DNA from: Eledone cirrhosa
Taxonomy: Eukaryota
DNA: 64,000 bases
Assembly: GCA_964016885.1 (NCBI GenBank)
Contig: OZ024743.1
Location: 276,272,001-276,336,000, forward strand
Direction of reading: 5' to 3'
Under the pieces are notes generated by a model, which was not told the DNA's origin, did no database searches, and worked only from the letters and a program-made list of their open reading frames with translations. Numbering within the stretch: the stretch's first letter is position 1; every line of letters starts with the position of its first letter. This document shows, piece after piece, positions 27,195 to 40,294 of the stretch. Position numbers and translations under genes: made by a program.

Positions 27195-27770
27195 TGAACT
27201 TCTCAAGTGATAGAAGGCAGGAGGCTGAATTAAGTGCAGGAATTGCAGGAGCTGGTGCAGTAATGCGCCGGCTTCAGCATTCGGTAATCAGAAGAAGGGA
27301 GGTAGGTGTAAAAGCCAAACTCACTATTTTCAATTCGGTATTCGTGCTAACCCTTACCTCTGGTCATGGATCTTGGATAATGACCGAAATAGCGACCGAA
27401 ATGGGATTCCCCCGAAGAGTCTTTGGAGTAACGTAGAGTGCATAGCTCGGAGATCAGAGAGTAACTCCAAGCAGAACCGCTACTTCTCCGAATTAACAGA
27501 TCACAGCTCTGATACTATGGGCATGTGGTTAACATTTCTAAGGAAAGAATTACTGGATAGATGTTGGCAAAACCAACTGGCAGGAGACCCAGGGATAAAC
27601 CCCGAGCATGATGGTTGAATAACATCCATGAGTTTGATTGGTCTCGCTTGGGGATCCAGCCGGATCAGTTGGAGACGGTGGCTTCTGACGGGACACGCTG
27701 GAAGGTCTTTCTGAGTAATCTGCTCTCACGATTCTCTCAAGAAGAAGAAGAAGAAGAAGAAGAAGAAGAA
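27195..27770 (+). mobile_element. Decayed 3' fragment of RTE/RTE-X LINE with (AAG)n tail
   Basis: KAKLTIFNSVFVLTLTSGHGSWIMTE...ATEMGFPRRVFGVT and QL*YYGHV are RTE C-terminal motifs; ends in (AAG)n. Confidence 0.75.
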
Positions 27771-28327
27771 ATTTCGGAATATTTTCGGACATAAGACCTT
27801 GAAGAGAGCGACGGACAAGACAATCAGACAGGCTTCTGATCAACAGCAGAACAGAGAAGGAAAGTCAAAACAGCGAAGTATCAAGAGAAGAAATAGCGGA
27901 AGTTAGGGAGAGTCATATGGTTACAGATAATCAGAGAAAGAGGGGGGAGAAGGAGAGCGAGAGAAAGTCCGTGTGTATATGTGGGGGTGCGTAAGATAGA
28001 TAGTGGGACAGAGAGAAGGAAAGAGCAAGAGTCACAGACGACAAAACAGTTGTAATTGTGGTGTACAATGGCTGCGTAATGTTAGTGGTATAGATATGGA
28101 AGAAATGGCTCAATAAGTCGAGAGAGAAAATGGTGAAAATGTACAAGAATCGTGAAAACAAACCAAAAATAATATATATGTATACTTAATACATTCTCTC
28201 TGGACATTATTATATCCAGTCTCTGAGTCCACGCGTTACTAAAAATATAGGCGGATTTCAACAATTTCATCAGCAGATTTCAACAAAACTTATAGGGAAA
28301 AATAACTGATTTTATCATATTATTATA

Positions 28328-28632
28328 TCGAGGTTGACTTTGCCTTTCATCCTTACGGGGTCGATAAAATAAAGTACCAGTAATGCACTGGGTGATTACT
28401 GGCCTTGTGCCTAAAGTAGAAACAATTATTATATCGAACCCGATGGATTGGCAGTAGAGGTAGAGAGTCGGACACCATGCTTTGCAGCAAAGAGTTAGGG
28501 TCCTTCATGGTCTGAGTTCAAATCCCGCCGAGGTTAACTTTGCCTTTCATCCTCACGGAGTCGATAAAATAAAGTACCAGTAGTACACTGGGGTAATTGC
28601 TAGTCTTGTGCCAAAAGTAGAAACAATTATTA
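28328..28632 (+). mobile_element. Tandem pair of Meta-domain-like SINEs
   Basis: Two consecutive copies of the same core and the tail GGCCTTGTGCC..AAGTAGAAACAATTATT. Confidence 0.8.
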
Positions 28633-29814
28633 TACCCAACCCGAATCTATTCCACTTTATTGAACACTCTTTATTGAACAAGCTTTACAGGAATAAGTAT
28701 TTTCGTTGCATTTGCGAGATAATTTCAATATTCTATACAATTGTGTTTCAATTCAAAATATAATTTTAATTTCAATTTCAATCTTATTTTTATTGTTAAT
28801 CTGAGAGTAAAGCACTTTAATATAAAAGTTTTACAAGTAGAGAGAAGTTAGTTAATTCATAGATGTTTCATAGTTTTAATATATCGTCTGGTTTTGCTTT
28901 TTTTATTTACCCGCTTGAACAATATAATTTTTTTTTTCTCTTATACAAGTATTTCGGCCATTCACTTTTGAAAGACACGCGCGCATATCATTATTTTTTA
29001 TGAAAACATGGCCTCATGAAACACGATATCACGCCCGGAAACAATATCTGGTCATTTGAGTGAAATGGTATGTATAGGTCTGTAACACTCGATGGAGTCG
29101 TAGGGGCGCTGTAGTGACACACGGGCATTTAAATCTGGCAAAGCTCATTCCTTTCCAGGTTTGAACACAGTTGATTTCTTAAAAAAATAAATAAAAAAAC
29201 GGAAAGATGATGACAAAGAGGCAAGGTTGACACTGGTGGAATCTGAAGCCAGAACGCAAGAGATCTGAAACAAATATCGCCTGTAAATGAAATTAGGTTG
29301 CGAGAAACTGCTTGGGAGCCATTTTAAAAACCTGGCAGAGCCTATATCTTCTCCAGGTTTGAATACAGCAGATTTTTTCCAGAGAAGGATAGAGAGTGAA
29401 AATAGAGAGTGAGAGAATGGAAGTGAGAAAAAGTTATAGAGGAAGAATCGACCCCAGTACTAGACCAATACTTTTTTTATCGAAATAGAATTAATTAGAA
29501 CTCAGAGAGCAGCGAGCTGAAACGAATACCGCAAAGCTTTCTATCAGACGTTCTAACTCTGACAGCCAACTCGCCGCCATCATGCAGGGTGATATCAACT
29601 GCATGACAACGGGCGTTACTAGTCATGATAGCTAGTAAGATCAACGATGTGCAGAAAGGAGAATGTGGAGGTTCCTAACCGAACCCTGGGGTACATTAGA
29701 GTTGATAGAGTGTGGAGCAGAGAGAATACCGTAATCAGACGTCGCGGTAGAGTGATTCGATGGGAAATTACCAATCTAAGAAATTGCAGACGGTTGAAAC
29801 ACACACATGCATGT

Positions 29815-29850
<36 letters not shown>

Positions 29851-30055
29851 AAAAGATAACAAGGACGATTGGTTACTCCTTCATTACATTTATTGGTAGG
29901 TGACGCGCGTTTCGCCACTGATCAGCTCAAGGTTCGATCTGTATCGATCTTACCCGACTCTATAATCCGCAGCTCGACGGACCCCTTAAAATGCTAGTAG
30001 AATATATATATATATAAATGCTAGTATATATATATACCTATGCTAGTATATATAT

Positions 30056-30980
30056 AGACCTGTGCGGAATTCCTTCCTTGCTCACATTTCAACCAGGTTT
30101 GATGGTCTTTATTCTCTCTCGTTCACGATTTCACCGAATTTAAATTCATAGAAATTTGGGACTTGACTCGTTCTTCCTCACTTTTCGTTGCTTTACCATC
30201 TTTGTTTACACTCTCGCTGTTCCCCTTATTTACGTGTCCCAACGACTTTCATTAGCCGTTGCTCGCACCAACCGGAGGTATATGGTCTTTAAAGCGATGA
30301 AATACCGATGATGGTTGGAAGATCACTAATGAAGGACTAACTTTATTCATATGTAACCCATTTGCAACCACGCAGCACGTTTATTCTCATATTTACACAT
30401 ATATTTTCCCCCGCTGTGACCCGTCTATTTCGTTCTTACTGCTTCCTCTTTCTCTGTATCTTTATCCTCTCTAACAGTCACTCTCTCTGTTAGCCTCTTC
30501 CTCACCCTTCACTCACTCATTCTCTGTTACTACCTCTCCTCCTTCTTCCCGTTTGACCTGTGATTAATTCTTTTCTTTCGCACGCTTGGCCAAGCCGGTC
30601 GGCATTTTTTCTCTCTCTCGTCTACGATTTCACAGAACTTATGTTTACCGAATTCACAGACTAGACCCCTTCTTCCTCCCGTTAGACCTGTACGGAATTC
30701 CTTCCTTGCTCACATTTCAACCAGGTTTGATGGTCTTTATTCTCTCTCGTTCACGATTTCACCGAATTTAAATTCATAGAAATTTGGGACTTGACTCCTT
30801 CTTCCTCACTTTTCGTTGCTTCACCATTTTTGTTTGTTTACACTCGTGTCCCCTTTATTTACGTGTCCCAACGACTTTTTTTAGCCGTTGCTCGCACCAA
30901 CCGGAGGTATATGGTCTTTAAAGCGATGAAATACCGATGATGGTTGGAAGATCACTGATGAAGGTCTAACTTTATTCATA
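30056..30980 (+). mobile_element. Penelope-type pseudo-LTR tandem (~295-bp direct repeats 30056-30350 and 30685-30980); third partial copy 39520-39725(-)
   Basis: Near-identical direct repeats flanked by (TA)n, each ending in CT[AG]ATGAAGG (hammerhead-core-like). Confidence 0.55.
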
Positions 30981-31199
30981 TATATATATATATATATATA
31001 CATAAACATGTGTGTGTGTGTATAAAAAATAAATAACAAATTTTCGCTCTACATGGCTGAATACAATAAATGTCTTCTGAGTTTTTCGAATAATAATAAT
31101 AATATTCGATTCGTTTGCAATTATGCAAACAAGCCTAATTTTTAAAGCCATGTCAGTAGAATGAACCCTTCATTCTTGCTCTTGAGTTGGCATGTAAAC

Positions 31200-31247
31200 A
31201 ACTGCAGACACTAATGTTTCTGGGTATCACTCTTCATCAGTACAGCT
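31200..31247 (-). ncRNA. Type I hammerhead ribozyme motif
   Basis: AGCTGTA-CTGATGA-aGAGT(gat)ACCCa-GAAA-CATTAGTG-TC^TGCAGTT: 7-bp stem I, one mismatch in stem II. Confidence 0.7.
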
Positions 31248-31434
31248 CACTGTTCACCTGCCAACTGTCAGAGCTCGTGAAAATATATCCTCTTTTCTAA
31301 AATATACAGTGACTGATAGGCCTGATTAGCAGACTGGCTGATCAGTTGGATCTGCATATCAGCAGATCCACTGATCAGAAAATTTTAAAATTAGGCTTGT
31401 TTGCATAATTGCAAACGAATGGAATGTTATTATA

Positions 31435-31618
31435 GGGCGGTGAATTGGCAGTGTCGGTGGAAGGTTGGACGCCATGCATAGTTACATCCCTTTACGGTCT
31501 GAGTTCAAATCCCGCCGAGGTTAACTTTGCTTTTCATCCTAAAGGGGTCGATAAAATAAAGTACCAGTAATGTACTGGGTATTTGCTGGTCTTGTGCCAA
31601 AAGTAGAAACAATTATTA
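31435..31618 (+). mobile_element. Near-full-length Meta-domain-like SINE; further copies at ~1-170, 20610-20720(-), 22455-22575, 32620-32792, 39915-40103, 49070-49280(-), 53140-53328, 53498-53615, 57055-57200(-), 63480-63670(-)
   Basis: tRNA-like head with B box GAGTTCAAATCCC, conserved core and (ATT)n tail; several copies have TSDs (e.g. AGGTGTAATTTAAATAAT at 57042 and 57202). Confidence 0.85.
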
Positions 31619-31650
31619 ATATTTGAAAAACTCAGATTACATCTATGTAT

Positions 31651-31683
<33 letters not shown>

Positions 31684-32235
31684 CTAGCCGAATTACCCGC
31701 GCCTTGCTGCGTTTCACACATTTTTTTATAAGAAAATGATGATTGATTTTAAATCAGTGATATAATTTATGGAGAAAATCTCTGCATTTCAATATTACTC
31801 AATGTAAAATGTAATGCATGAAAAATTGGAAAACATCATTTTTTGCAATATATCAAATCAAAATTATATTATTAAATCTTATTCTTATTTTGTCATTTAC
31901 ATATGGTTTAAATTTCATATAAATCGAAGGGAAAAAAGGTTCAGCGGGTGTTTGTGCCACCGGGGAACCCTAATAGAGGGTTTAACCCCCATTAGGGTGT
32001 CTTAGTATTATTGAAATTTGTAATTTACCTAAGGTTTAAATTTCATATATATCGAAGGGACAAAAATCCTCAGCTGGGGTTTTGTGCCCCCGAGGAACCC
32101 TTTGATTAAAATGAAATATACTTATCCAAGTACCCTGGGCAATGTAGTTTCAGAATACATATGGTTATGGGGGTCTATCTCCAAAACCATAGGAGTAGTT
32201 CGTGAACAAATAGACAGGAATACAACTTTATATAT
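31684..32235 (-). mobile_element. Non-autonomous Helitron-like element
   Basis: Minus strand begins TATATAAAGTTGTATTCCTGTC and ends with GC hairpin CGCAGCAAGGCGCG then CTAG|T. Confidence 0.7.
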
Positions 32236-32265
32236 ATACATATACATATATATATACATATATAT

Positions 32266-32588
32266 GGTGGCTGCCAACTCGTTTTCGAGTACGGCCACTA
32301 CTTTATATCCATGTAGGAGAACCCCTACCGATGCGCTGAACAAGTGTGACTTTTTAGTCCAGCCAACGACTTGAAAACTCTGGTACAAACACTACACCTG
32401 TGACAATTATTGACACATAGTGCTGGGTCCATGGAACCATGTGATGACAAGTGCAGAGAGATCTCCAGATATAAAGCAATGCCTGTGCCGTGAAGCTTTT
32501 ATAGTGAGCAAAGACACTGCACAAAGCCAGTCCCACGCTCTTAACCAAGATGGTATTTACCAAAAAGAAGAACAAGTCAACATCATTA
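32266..32588 (-). mobile_element. Same LINE 3' end, copy 2, with inverted 5' segment (32508-32588)
   Basis: 32266-32507 aligns with 15888-16129; 32508-32588 is largely the reverse complement of 16138-16207. Confidence 0.75.
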
Positions 32589-32787
32589 TATATATAATAT
32601 TATATATATAATATTATATATCGGTTGAGGGTCGGACGCCATGCTTTGACGCATAGAGTTATAGCCCTTTCCATTCTGAGTTCAAATCCCGCCAAGGTTA
32701 ACTTTGCCTTTCATCCTTACGGGGTCGATAAAATAAAGTACCAGTAATGTACTGGGTAATTGCTGGCCTTGTGCCAAAGGTAGAAAC

Positions 32788-32864
<77 letters not shown>

Positions 32865-33259
32865 TAACAGATTAAAGTTTAAGCAAAGAATCGCTGCTTT
32901 CACCCTTAACGGGATCTTCTGAAACTAACAAAGTCAATCTGTAAACGCAGAACTGGATATTTCAAAAAACGTTGCAACCGGAGGAAGACAGGAAGACGAT
33001 ACTTTGGTTCGTGGTAACGTTCGCTGGCAAAGAACGGGAAAAAAACGAATAATACGTCATTAATAGGAGCGGTGAAAAACAATTACGCGCAAAGACAGAA
33101 CCACATTTATGGTATAAAAGAGGTCGTAGACTAATGTTCTCTTAGGTGGTTCATAGAGACGTTCTCTGGCAATGAACGAAAAAACGAAGATAATAAGTCA
33201 TATGTGGAGCGTGGAGAACAATAGCACGCAAAGACAAAACCACGTAAATGGTATAGCAG

Positions 33260-33379
<120 letters not shown>

Positions 33380-34322
33380 TGACCTAGTAAACTTGGTGTG
33401 TATGACGCGAAATCCTGCTGATGTCAACTTTGCTTCTCACACTTTCGTGTTTGGCAAATGGATTAGCGGAATTGTTGGAGTGTCGAACAAGATGCAGTGC
33501 AGTTTCGACCCAGGTCTTTGCGTTTTTAGTCAATGGGTAGACTTAATCGATAGCCCGATTTAATAACACTTCCTGTTCCTTGGGTGACTTTAGTTGAATT
33601 CATTCCGCTCGAAGAATTTTGGGCCAAATCTCCGGTTTGATGTTACCTTTCTTTCACCAGTGTTTAATGCTCTGAAAAATGTGCTGCTCTTCTTATATAA
33701 GTATGTATGGAGTCGTAACTATTAATTGAGCCATAGAGGGGCCGTCATAATACAAACCTGGCGGAACCTATTCTCTGATCAGGTATTGCTGATTTCTTCC
33801 AGAGCGAGGCGAGGCGGGGGGGGGGGGGGCAAGAGAGGGAGAAGTAGATAGAGGTATATATATATATATATACCTCTATCTACCTGTACGTCTGTATACA
33901 TATATGTATGTGCGTATACATACTTATATTTAAGTATCAGACGTACTAAGAGTGAGAAATGAAATTTCATTTTTTCCATTTATATATATTTATATATTTA
34001 ATACATTTAAGCAATACTCTTTAAGCAATACTCCGACCGACTTCCGTCTCACTCAACAAACATTAGGATATACCTTAGTATAATCCCAATTATACGTTTG
34101 TGGTGCTAACTATACGTATTTTGCGGATAGCCAGTTGTATTATTTTATATGAGACATAATTAAATACATCCCTCTTTCCAAACGATCGTTTCATTATAAG
34201 TTTTCTACAAGTTGGGAAAATAATGTCCAGGTTATGTAGAAGCCTACACATAGTCTATAGGAATATATGCAGGTGGGCACTTATAAATCATCAGTGGGTG
34301 CCCAACAATATCGATATAAAAA

Positions 34323-34382
<60 letters not shown>

Positions 34383-34403
34383 GAGGTGATAGTAGTATAT
34401 ATA

Positions 34404-34674
34404 CAGATTATTAGAATCCTTTATCTGCAATTCTAATATTTGAAAGATTTTCTAATGCTGATATGACTAGCCAGAAGTTTCGTCATAGTATGTGTAATTT
34501 ATATTAAAATATCTTTATGGTAAATGTATAAGCTGTACTATGAAATGTAAATGGAGATCCCAAAGCTATTCCATTTTATAAATGTTTTTATACAAGTATT
34601 CCAAAACCCGAAAGAAATCCGATATCTGAAACACTTCCGGTCCCAAGCATTTCGAATGAAAAATGTTCAGCCTG
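34404..34674 (+). mobile_element. Tigger/pogo-type MITE resembling Tigger4/MER46
   Basis: TA|CAG...CTG|TA ends; 3' part GAAACACTTCCGGTCCCAAGCATTTCG...CAGCCTG resembles the Tigger4/MER46 terminus as I recall it (not searched). Confidence 0.65.
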
Positions 34675-34687
34675 TATATTTATATAT

Positions 34688-34746
<59 letters not shown>

Positions 34747-34806
34747 TTAAAATCCCTAACGCGGAGCCAAGCGGTTTCAGCTTGTGTGTTCGTCAAGCCT
34801 TTTCAA

Positions 34807-34842
<36 letters not shown>

Positions 34843-34984
34843 TTGAAAAGGCATATATATATATATATATATATAGTCTGGTCACACACACCTTATATGT
34901 TGTACAAATGGACGAAAAGAGCACTCAATACATAAAGTATGTACAATATTGGACAAGGCAGAAATTCACTCTATCGTTACTCAG

Positions 34985-35031
<47 letters not shown>

Positions 35032-35500
35032 CAAAACATACATATCCGTTTCCACCTTTTCTGCTCTCTCTCCCCTGCTACCCCCTCTCTCCCTCTCTCT
35101 ATCTTCCCCCAAATTAGCCTTGTACTCGCTTAGTTTAAAAAGAAATTGCTTATTTGTTTTATTTCAGTTTAGTTTTCATCTATTTGTTTGTTATGTTATT
35201 TAGTTGATTTTTAAAATCATAGCTATAGCTGTTTCTTGCCGTATTTTTTCTTTAGTTTTAATTTCCTTTTTTTCTTCATTTCTAGCACCGGCAAAGGGAG
35301 AATTATCTACAACTGTTGTCGGCCGGTCGCTGTGTGTCGCTAACTCCTTTGATGTGTCGGAACGCCTTTGTGCTACCTTATATGGTAGTATGACGGCCAC
35401 TTAGACTATATTTGTTTACACTCTGTTTCCTTTGTAGTTTGTCGCCATCTTGCTAGCAAGTAACAGAGAGTGTGTGTGTGTGTTTATATATATATATACA

Positions 35501-35594
<94 letters not shown>

Positions 35595-35609
35595 TATATA
35601 TATATATTT

Positions 35610-35676
<67 letters not shown>

Positions 35677-35681
35677 CACAC

Positions 35682-35766
<85 letters not shown>

Positions 35767-36069
35767 CCACCGTGTAAAGAAATGTTGATGTAGTTATGGT
35801 GATTGTTGCTTTTTCCCTCTTACCTCTTCCTTTCCGTTTCTCTTACTCACACACCCCGTTTTGACTCTGTGTTGTGTATATGTGTGTGTGTCAGCATGTG
35901 TGTGAGTGTGTGTGTGTGTGTGTATGAGTGTGTGTGTGTATGTGTGTATTCCACTCTTCTGCTTGCCTTCCTTTTGCTCCTTGATTTAAATTAAATCTCA
36001 TTTAAACATTCAATCTATCTGCCTATCTATCTCTATCAAAGCAACACACAAATACACAAATACACATAT

Positions 36070-36134
<65 letters not shown>

Positions 36135-37018
36135 CAGATATAAGTGTTTGTCTATCTAAGCAACCAGATATATATTTATATATGTGTGTGTGTTTGTGTG
36201 TGTATGTGTATATATACATACAGATATAAGTATCTGTCTATCTAAGCAACCATATATATATATATATGGCTGCTTAGATAGATAGACACTCACACAAACC
36301 ATTCGACCTGCCTCAAATAGCCAAAACTCCTTTAATTCACACCCCGCTGCCTAAAATAAGGACTAGACACTGGTTAATGCAGTACTAGATGTATTGTTTG
36401 AAAGAGAAAGATGGGATAGTCGGTTGAATCGCCTTTGATCGTAGATTTACTCGATCAGGGTTGACCCGGGGCTAAACATCACTGTATATATGCGCGCATG
36501 TATATCTCCCCCCCCCTCTCGCTCCCTCACTCTCTCTCTCTCTCTCTCTCTATTATATTAGAGTGGGTGCCCGACGGGCGAACTAATGCCATTTCAACAG
36601 CAAATTCCATACACACACAAATATATACATATATACATACATACCTACATAGATACATACATACCTACATAGATACATACATATATACATAACAATTCTA
36701 GTTCTGTAGAAGTTACTTCTATATAAAATAAAGATGTTTATACTCCACTAAAGTACTGAGTATCTTCTTAACTAAATTTAACACAAATATAAAGTAACGT
36801 TATAAATGCCCAAATATTTAAATATAAACATGTATTTATTTGATATAAGATACTTTATTCATTAACAACTTTAAAGGAAAAATTTCTAAATATTTTGAAT
36901 ATAGATGATATAGCTCATGGACGTTTTACAAAACTGAACATTGAAAAACTATTCCACAAAATATTTACTAGTAAAATCTGACTGTTGCCCATGATAAAAC
37001 AGAGGAGCTCAGCCTTAA

Positions 37019-37237
37019 CCCTCTAGCATTTACATTACTCTATATTTACCATTGTATGGTCACAGTAACGACCTTACATCACATAATTATTTTACATAAT
37101 TTCGAACCTATGAGATTTTGATATTTATTTTTGAGAACAATACTTTAACATAAGGATGAGCAGCCCGTTATAGCTGGTTTCAACAGAAAGAGGTGAGAGA
37201 ATTCTGTCCTGATATGGCCAGTTTAAATGCTAAAGGG
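37019..37237. mobile_element. piggyBac-type MITE
   Basis: TTAA|CCCTCTAGCATTT...AAATGCTAAAGGG|TTAA: TTAA TSD and CCCT-starting TIRs. Confidence 0.8.
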
Positions 37238-37419
37238 TTAAAGCAGACAGATTAACTGTTTTAATATAGATTTTAAAATAGCACTTGTTAAATTAATATT
37301 TTAATTCACCGTTTGTCTCCTTCGCTGAACAATTTTCATGCGTACCTGTCTATGAACGCTTGCTGGTCCACCTCGCTCTATATGTAGATGAGGACAACGT
37401 CGTCTTCTCCCTTTTTCTG

Positions 37420-37484
<65 letters not shown>

Positions 37485-37976
37485 CTCTCTCTCGCTTGAC
37501 GCTCACCCTCTCTCTATATAGACGAGGCCAACATCGTAACTTTTTTACTAACAACCTCTTTCTGTCACCTCGAAAACACACGACGTTCCCCTTTCTCTCT
37601 TTCTCTATGTATATATATCTCTCGCTTGGCGCTGCACCCTCTGTATGTAGATGAAGGCGACGTCATAACTTTCTGTCTATCTACTTCTTTCTGTCACATC
37701 GATATCACACGGCGTTCGCTTTTATCTCTCTCTATCTATGTACATATCCCTCTCTTAGCGCTCCTCCACATTATATCTAGTGAGCGTGACGGACGGACAG
37801 ACAGAACTCTTATTACAGTATAGATTACTTCTCTCCAGATTTTTTCATTGGTATCAGGTATTATAAGATTGCAGCTCTGCCGAGGCACCTTTTTCAATGG
37901 ATTTTTGGTGCATATTTTTATCGATTTTCTTTTATTGGACTGCTGATTTATAGAACAGAAACAAAGACACGGACAT

Positions 37977-38052
<76 letters not shown>

Positions 38053-38067
38053 GTGTGTGTGTGTGAT

Positions 38068-39520
38068 GGTTCCGCTGCACCAACTGCCTCCATTTCTGGC
38101 GGTCATGGGCGAGTGCTTGGGTGACGGCAAAGTTCTTTTCCATCCACCCAGCTGTGTTGTCTGTCCACTGCATCCTCTGTCTGCCCGCCTTCTCTTTCCC
38201 CTGTACTGTTCCTAGGAGAATTATCTTAGAGAGTCTGCCTGATCTTGTCATATGCCCAAACCACCTCAACTTCCTCCTCTTTACTATGGTCACCAGATCT
38301 TCAAAGTGACTCACGTGCTAGGTGATTCTTTTGCGGACCTCTTGTTTGTGACGTGTCCTATGAGGGAGATTCCCAGGATTCTTCTGTAGCATCTCATCTC
38401 CACTGTTTGGATCTTCCTTTCTAGTTCAGGGGTCAAGGTCCATGACTCGCATGTGTATAGAAAGATGGATAGGACCAATGTATGCAGAAGTTTTATTTTG
38501 CATCTGAGAGTGGTGTTCTTATCTCCCCACAAAGGTTTCAGTTACGCAAGTGCTGTGGCTGTTAGAGCACTTCTTGGAAGGACCCTTGGCTTTGATCCCT
38601 CTTGGCTGATGATTGCCCCAAGCTACTTGAACTGTGTCACAGTCTCCAGCTCTTGACCACTGATTGTGATCCTTTTCTCTATTAACTTTGTGGTGTTTGT
38701 CATCAACTTAGTTTTCTCAATGCTGACCTTCATGCCGTATCTAGCAGAAGTTACATCCAAGTGGTTCACCACTTTGGGGAGTTCTTCTTCACAACCAGCT
38801 AGCCCGTCAATGTTATCAGCGAATCTGAGGTTTGTGACGATTCATCCTCCTATACTGATTGTGACAGGATTGCCTTCTACGGCATCGGTCATGATTCGCT
38901 GAAGGAGGATGTTGAACAGTTCTGCTGGAATGCTGTCTGTACCAGCTGTTTTTCCAGTTTTCAACCATTTTATTGTTGTCTCCACTTCTTTATGCAGGAT
39001 TGGGAAGTCATCATCGTTTGATGCTACCTGACTGATAAGCATGCTGGGGTCTCCATGGATCTGATGGCTGCACAATTCTGAGCAGTATTCTGGCCATCTC
39101 TTGATGACATCTTTTTCTTCCGTGAAGCACTTTCCTTGCTTGTCTTGGATGGTGCTGACACTTGAGTGTCTCTGTTTTGTGAAATCATTCACAATTTGAA
39201 AGGCCCTGTTGCTGTTGTTCCTGTTCAGGAACTCTATCATTTCTGTGCACTGCTTCTCTATCCATTCTTCTTTGGCCTTCCTCATCCCTTTCCTGATCTT
39301 ACTGATCTCTCTCTAGTCTGGTGCTCCAGTTTCTTGGATTTGTTTACTTCTCTTCTTGCATTAAGAACAAATTAAGAACTTATGTGACCCTAGACTGAAT
39401 TTTCCTGCGGTGTTTCCCTAAGAAGTCGTTTGCTGACTCAGTCTACATTCTCTTCAAGTGTGAGCAGAGCAGCAAATTTTCCACCAACAGTTGCTTGGAA
39501 GGACTCGGTGATGGTTTGTC
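38068..39520 (-). mobile_element. Decayed 5'-truncated RTE-clade LINE (BovB-like) with internal deletion
   Basis: ORF fragments RKAKEEWIEKQC..., KTAGTDSIPAEL, NLRFAD, FLYTCESWTL...EMRCYRRILGIS and KRRKLRWFGHMTRS...GRQRMQWTD are typical RTE ORF2 motifs; frameshifts and stops present. Confidence 0.9.
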
Positions 39521-39723
39521 CTTCATCAGTGATCTTCCAACTATCATAGGTATTTCATCGCTTTAAAGACCATATACCTCCGGTTGGTGCGAGCAACGGC
39601 TAAAAAAAGTCGTTGGGACACGTAAATAAAGGGGACGCGAGGGTAAACAAACAAAATGGTGAGGCAACAGAAAGTGAGGAAGGAGGAAACAAGTCCCAGA
39701 TTTCTATGAATTTAAGTTCGGTG

Positions 39724-39866
<143 letters not shown>

Positions 39867-40259
39867 TGAAAATAGGCCGGGCATTATGATGTCTATTATA
39901 TTATGTCTATTGGCAGTGGATTGGCAGTATCGGTAGAGGGTCGGACGCCAAGCCTTGCAGCACAGAGTTACGACCCTTTACGGTTTGAGTTCAAATCCCG
40001 CCGAGGTTAATTTTGCCTTTCATCCTTATGGGGTCGATAAAATAAAGTACCAGTAATGCACTGGGATATTTGCTGGCCTTGTGCCAAAAATAGAAACAAT
40101 TATGATGTTTATTATATGATAGTTTAAAAAAAAGTCTGCACAACTAAGTCTTTAAAATATAAATTCCTGTGCGTGTGTGTGTGTAGATGAAACAAAACTA
40201 AACACAGGAAGCAAAATTACAAAATTATATTAGGTTCACGCTTAGAGGCTTAGAGGAAG

Positions 40260-40294
40260 TTTCAACGTTTTGGACAGAAGTCCTCTTCAGGAAA
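40260..40294 (-). ncRNA. Decayed minimal hammerhead (GAAA mutated to AAAA)
   Basis: TTTC-CTGAAGA-GGAC(ttct)GTCC-aAAA-CG-TT^GAAA. Confidence 0.55.
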
